Of a DNA stretch of 64,000 nucleotides, positions 62,648 to 64,000 are shown in pieces. The position numbers and the translations under genes were made by a program. The notes beneath the pieces are model-generated. The model had not been told where the DNA came from, searched no databases, and worked only from the letters and a program-made list of their open reading frames with translations. Position 1 is the first letter of the stretch; every line of letters starts with the position of its first letter. This DNA comes from Octopus sinensis. Its lineage: Eukaryota. The DNA lies in NCBI RefSeq assembly GCF_006345805.1, contig NC_042997.1, positions 114,576,001 through 114,640,000 on the forward strand, written 5' to 3'.

Positions 62648-63930
62648 TGAGGGGTGTCTGAAAAGTCTTGAGCCTCAAAAAACAAAACATAGTACAAGAC
62701 TTCTGATTATTTTTAAACATAGTCCCCTTTGATGGCTGAACACTTTCTCCGGTGGTGCTGAAGTGCCATCATCCCGGCGTAGAGGAACTCTTTTGTCTGA
62801 GACTCTAAGAAACTTCCTACAGTGTCTATGACGTCATTGGCAGTGGCAAAATGGTGACCAGCCAGGACTTTTTTTATTTTTGGGAATAGATGAAAGTCAG
62901 AGGGGGCTAAGTCTGGTGAATAAGGCAGATGGGGAACAAGTTCGTATCCACAATCACGAATTGTTGCCATGGCAACCACTGAGGTGTGGGCTGGAGTATT
63001 GTCGGGATGAAAAAGGACTCCTCAGGTGAGCATTCCTGACCTTTTTGCTTTGATTGCTTCCTGGAGGCATTACAGTAGCTGAAAATAATACAGCCTTGTC
63101 ACAGTGTGACCCTTTCAAAGGTAATCGATCAGCAAGACACCTTGAGAATAAAAAAAAACTGACGCCATGACCTTGCCAGCTGAAGGAATGACCTGGCTTT
63201 CTTTGGGGTAGGAGAAGATGTGTGCTTCCATTGCTTTGTTCTTGGTTTCAGGCTGGTAGTGATGAACCCAACTTTCGTCCATAGTAATAAAACAAGCAAG
63301 AAAATTCTCTTCATCTGCTTCAAACAGTTCCAGTTTGCTTGTGAACAAAGTGCACCTGGTGTGTTTCTGTTCAGAAGTCAAAAGGTGAGGGACCCACCTT
63401 GCAAAAACCTTTGAGAACCCAAGTTCTTTTGTCACAATGTTGTCTGCTTTTTCATTTGAAATGCTCAAGTCTCTCAGCTATCTGGCGACATGATATTCAA
63501 TGATCTTGCATTATCATACTAAGAGCAAGGACAATGTTGTCCTTGGTGGTTGCAGTTGGAGGCCTCCCTGGTGTGGGATCATCTTCCACACTCTCCCTGC
63601 CATTCTGGAATTCATTTACCCAGCGTTTGACTGTTGCATATGAAGGAGCATTGTCTGTTAAAGGTTCTCACCATATCTTCATAGATTTCTGATGGAGTCA
63701 TGCCTTTCAAATGAAGGTATTTTATGACAGCACGACACTCAGTTTTCTCCATTTTCCTTGTAACGTCGACACTTCTTTATTCAAAAATCCGTAACAAAAA
63801 AATTAAAATATCAGAGTCATGAAAATTAGCAAGAATACTCCGAAAAGATTGTACTTACCAGAAAAAATTGTTTCAGCTACCTAGTAGCCTCGTTTCTAGG
63901 TTAGGCTCAAAACTTTTCATACACCCCTCG
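62648..63930 (-). mobile_element. Full-length mariner element (1283 bp), transposase pseudogene 63752-62713
   Basis: 28-bp TIRs (tgaggggtgtctgaaaagtcttgagcct / aggctcaaaacttttcatacacccctcg), TA on both sides, and motifs MEKTECRAVIKYL, WVPHLLT, ITMDESW, YSPDLAPSDFHLF. Frameshifted. Confidence 0.95.
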
Positions 63931-64000
63931 TAAAACCTGCCATTCCAGCTGAAATATTCTGTTTTATGATCAAACTGGCCAGACCTGACTTCTTATGCCT

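Overview
AT-rich eukaryotic DNA, most likely an octopus genome (inferred from the SINE/RTE families and microsatellite load). It is mostly repeats, but two uncharacterised multi-exon genes, largely invisible to the ORF track, are arranged head-to-head. Gene M (minus strand, ATG 13687, seven exons down to 777, continuing off the window) encodes a signal peptide followed by alternating Trp/Pro/Lys-rich modules, each on a 39-63 nt symmetric phase-1 exon. Gene P (plus strand, nine predicted exons from 16700 to 62372, 784 codons, start not found, continuing off the window) encodes a Cys-x4-Cys N-terminal part, a 422-codon exon of PP[G/V]N[S/F/Y] pentapeptides, duplicated Pro-rich exons, a probably folded segment and a Tyr/Asn/Pro/Met-rich segment. 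The introns hold a near full-length decayed CR1-type LINE (PHD plus poly-Q ORF1), RTE LINE remnants, tRNA-derived SINEs, mariner, Merlin, hAT, piggyBac and Tigger remnants, two Penelope-like (GIY-YIG) remnants and multi-kb (TA)n tracts. Several unrelated fold-back repeats carry minimal type I hammerhead ribozyme motifs. One family combines a tRNA-type Pol III head with a hammerhead and shows 12-bp target duplications; it is a candidate Penelope-mobilised, self-cleaving SINE. All calls were made by eye from sequence alone.
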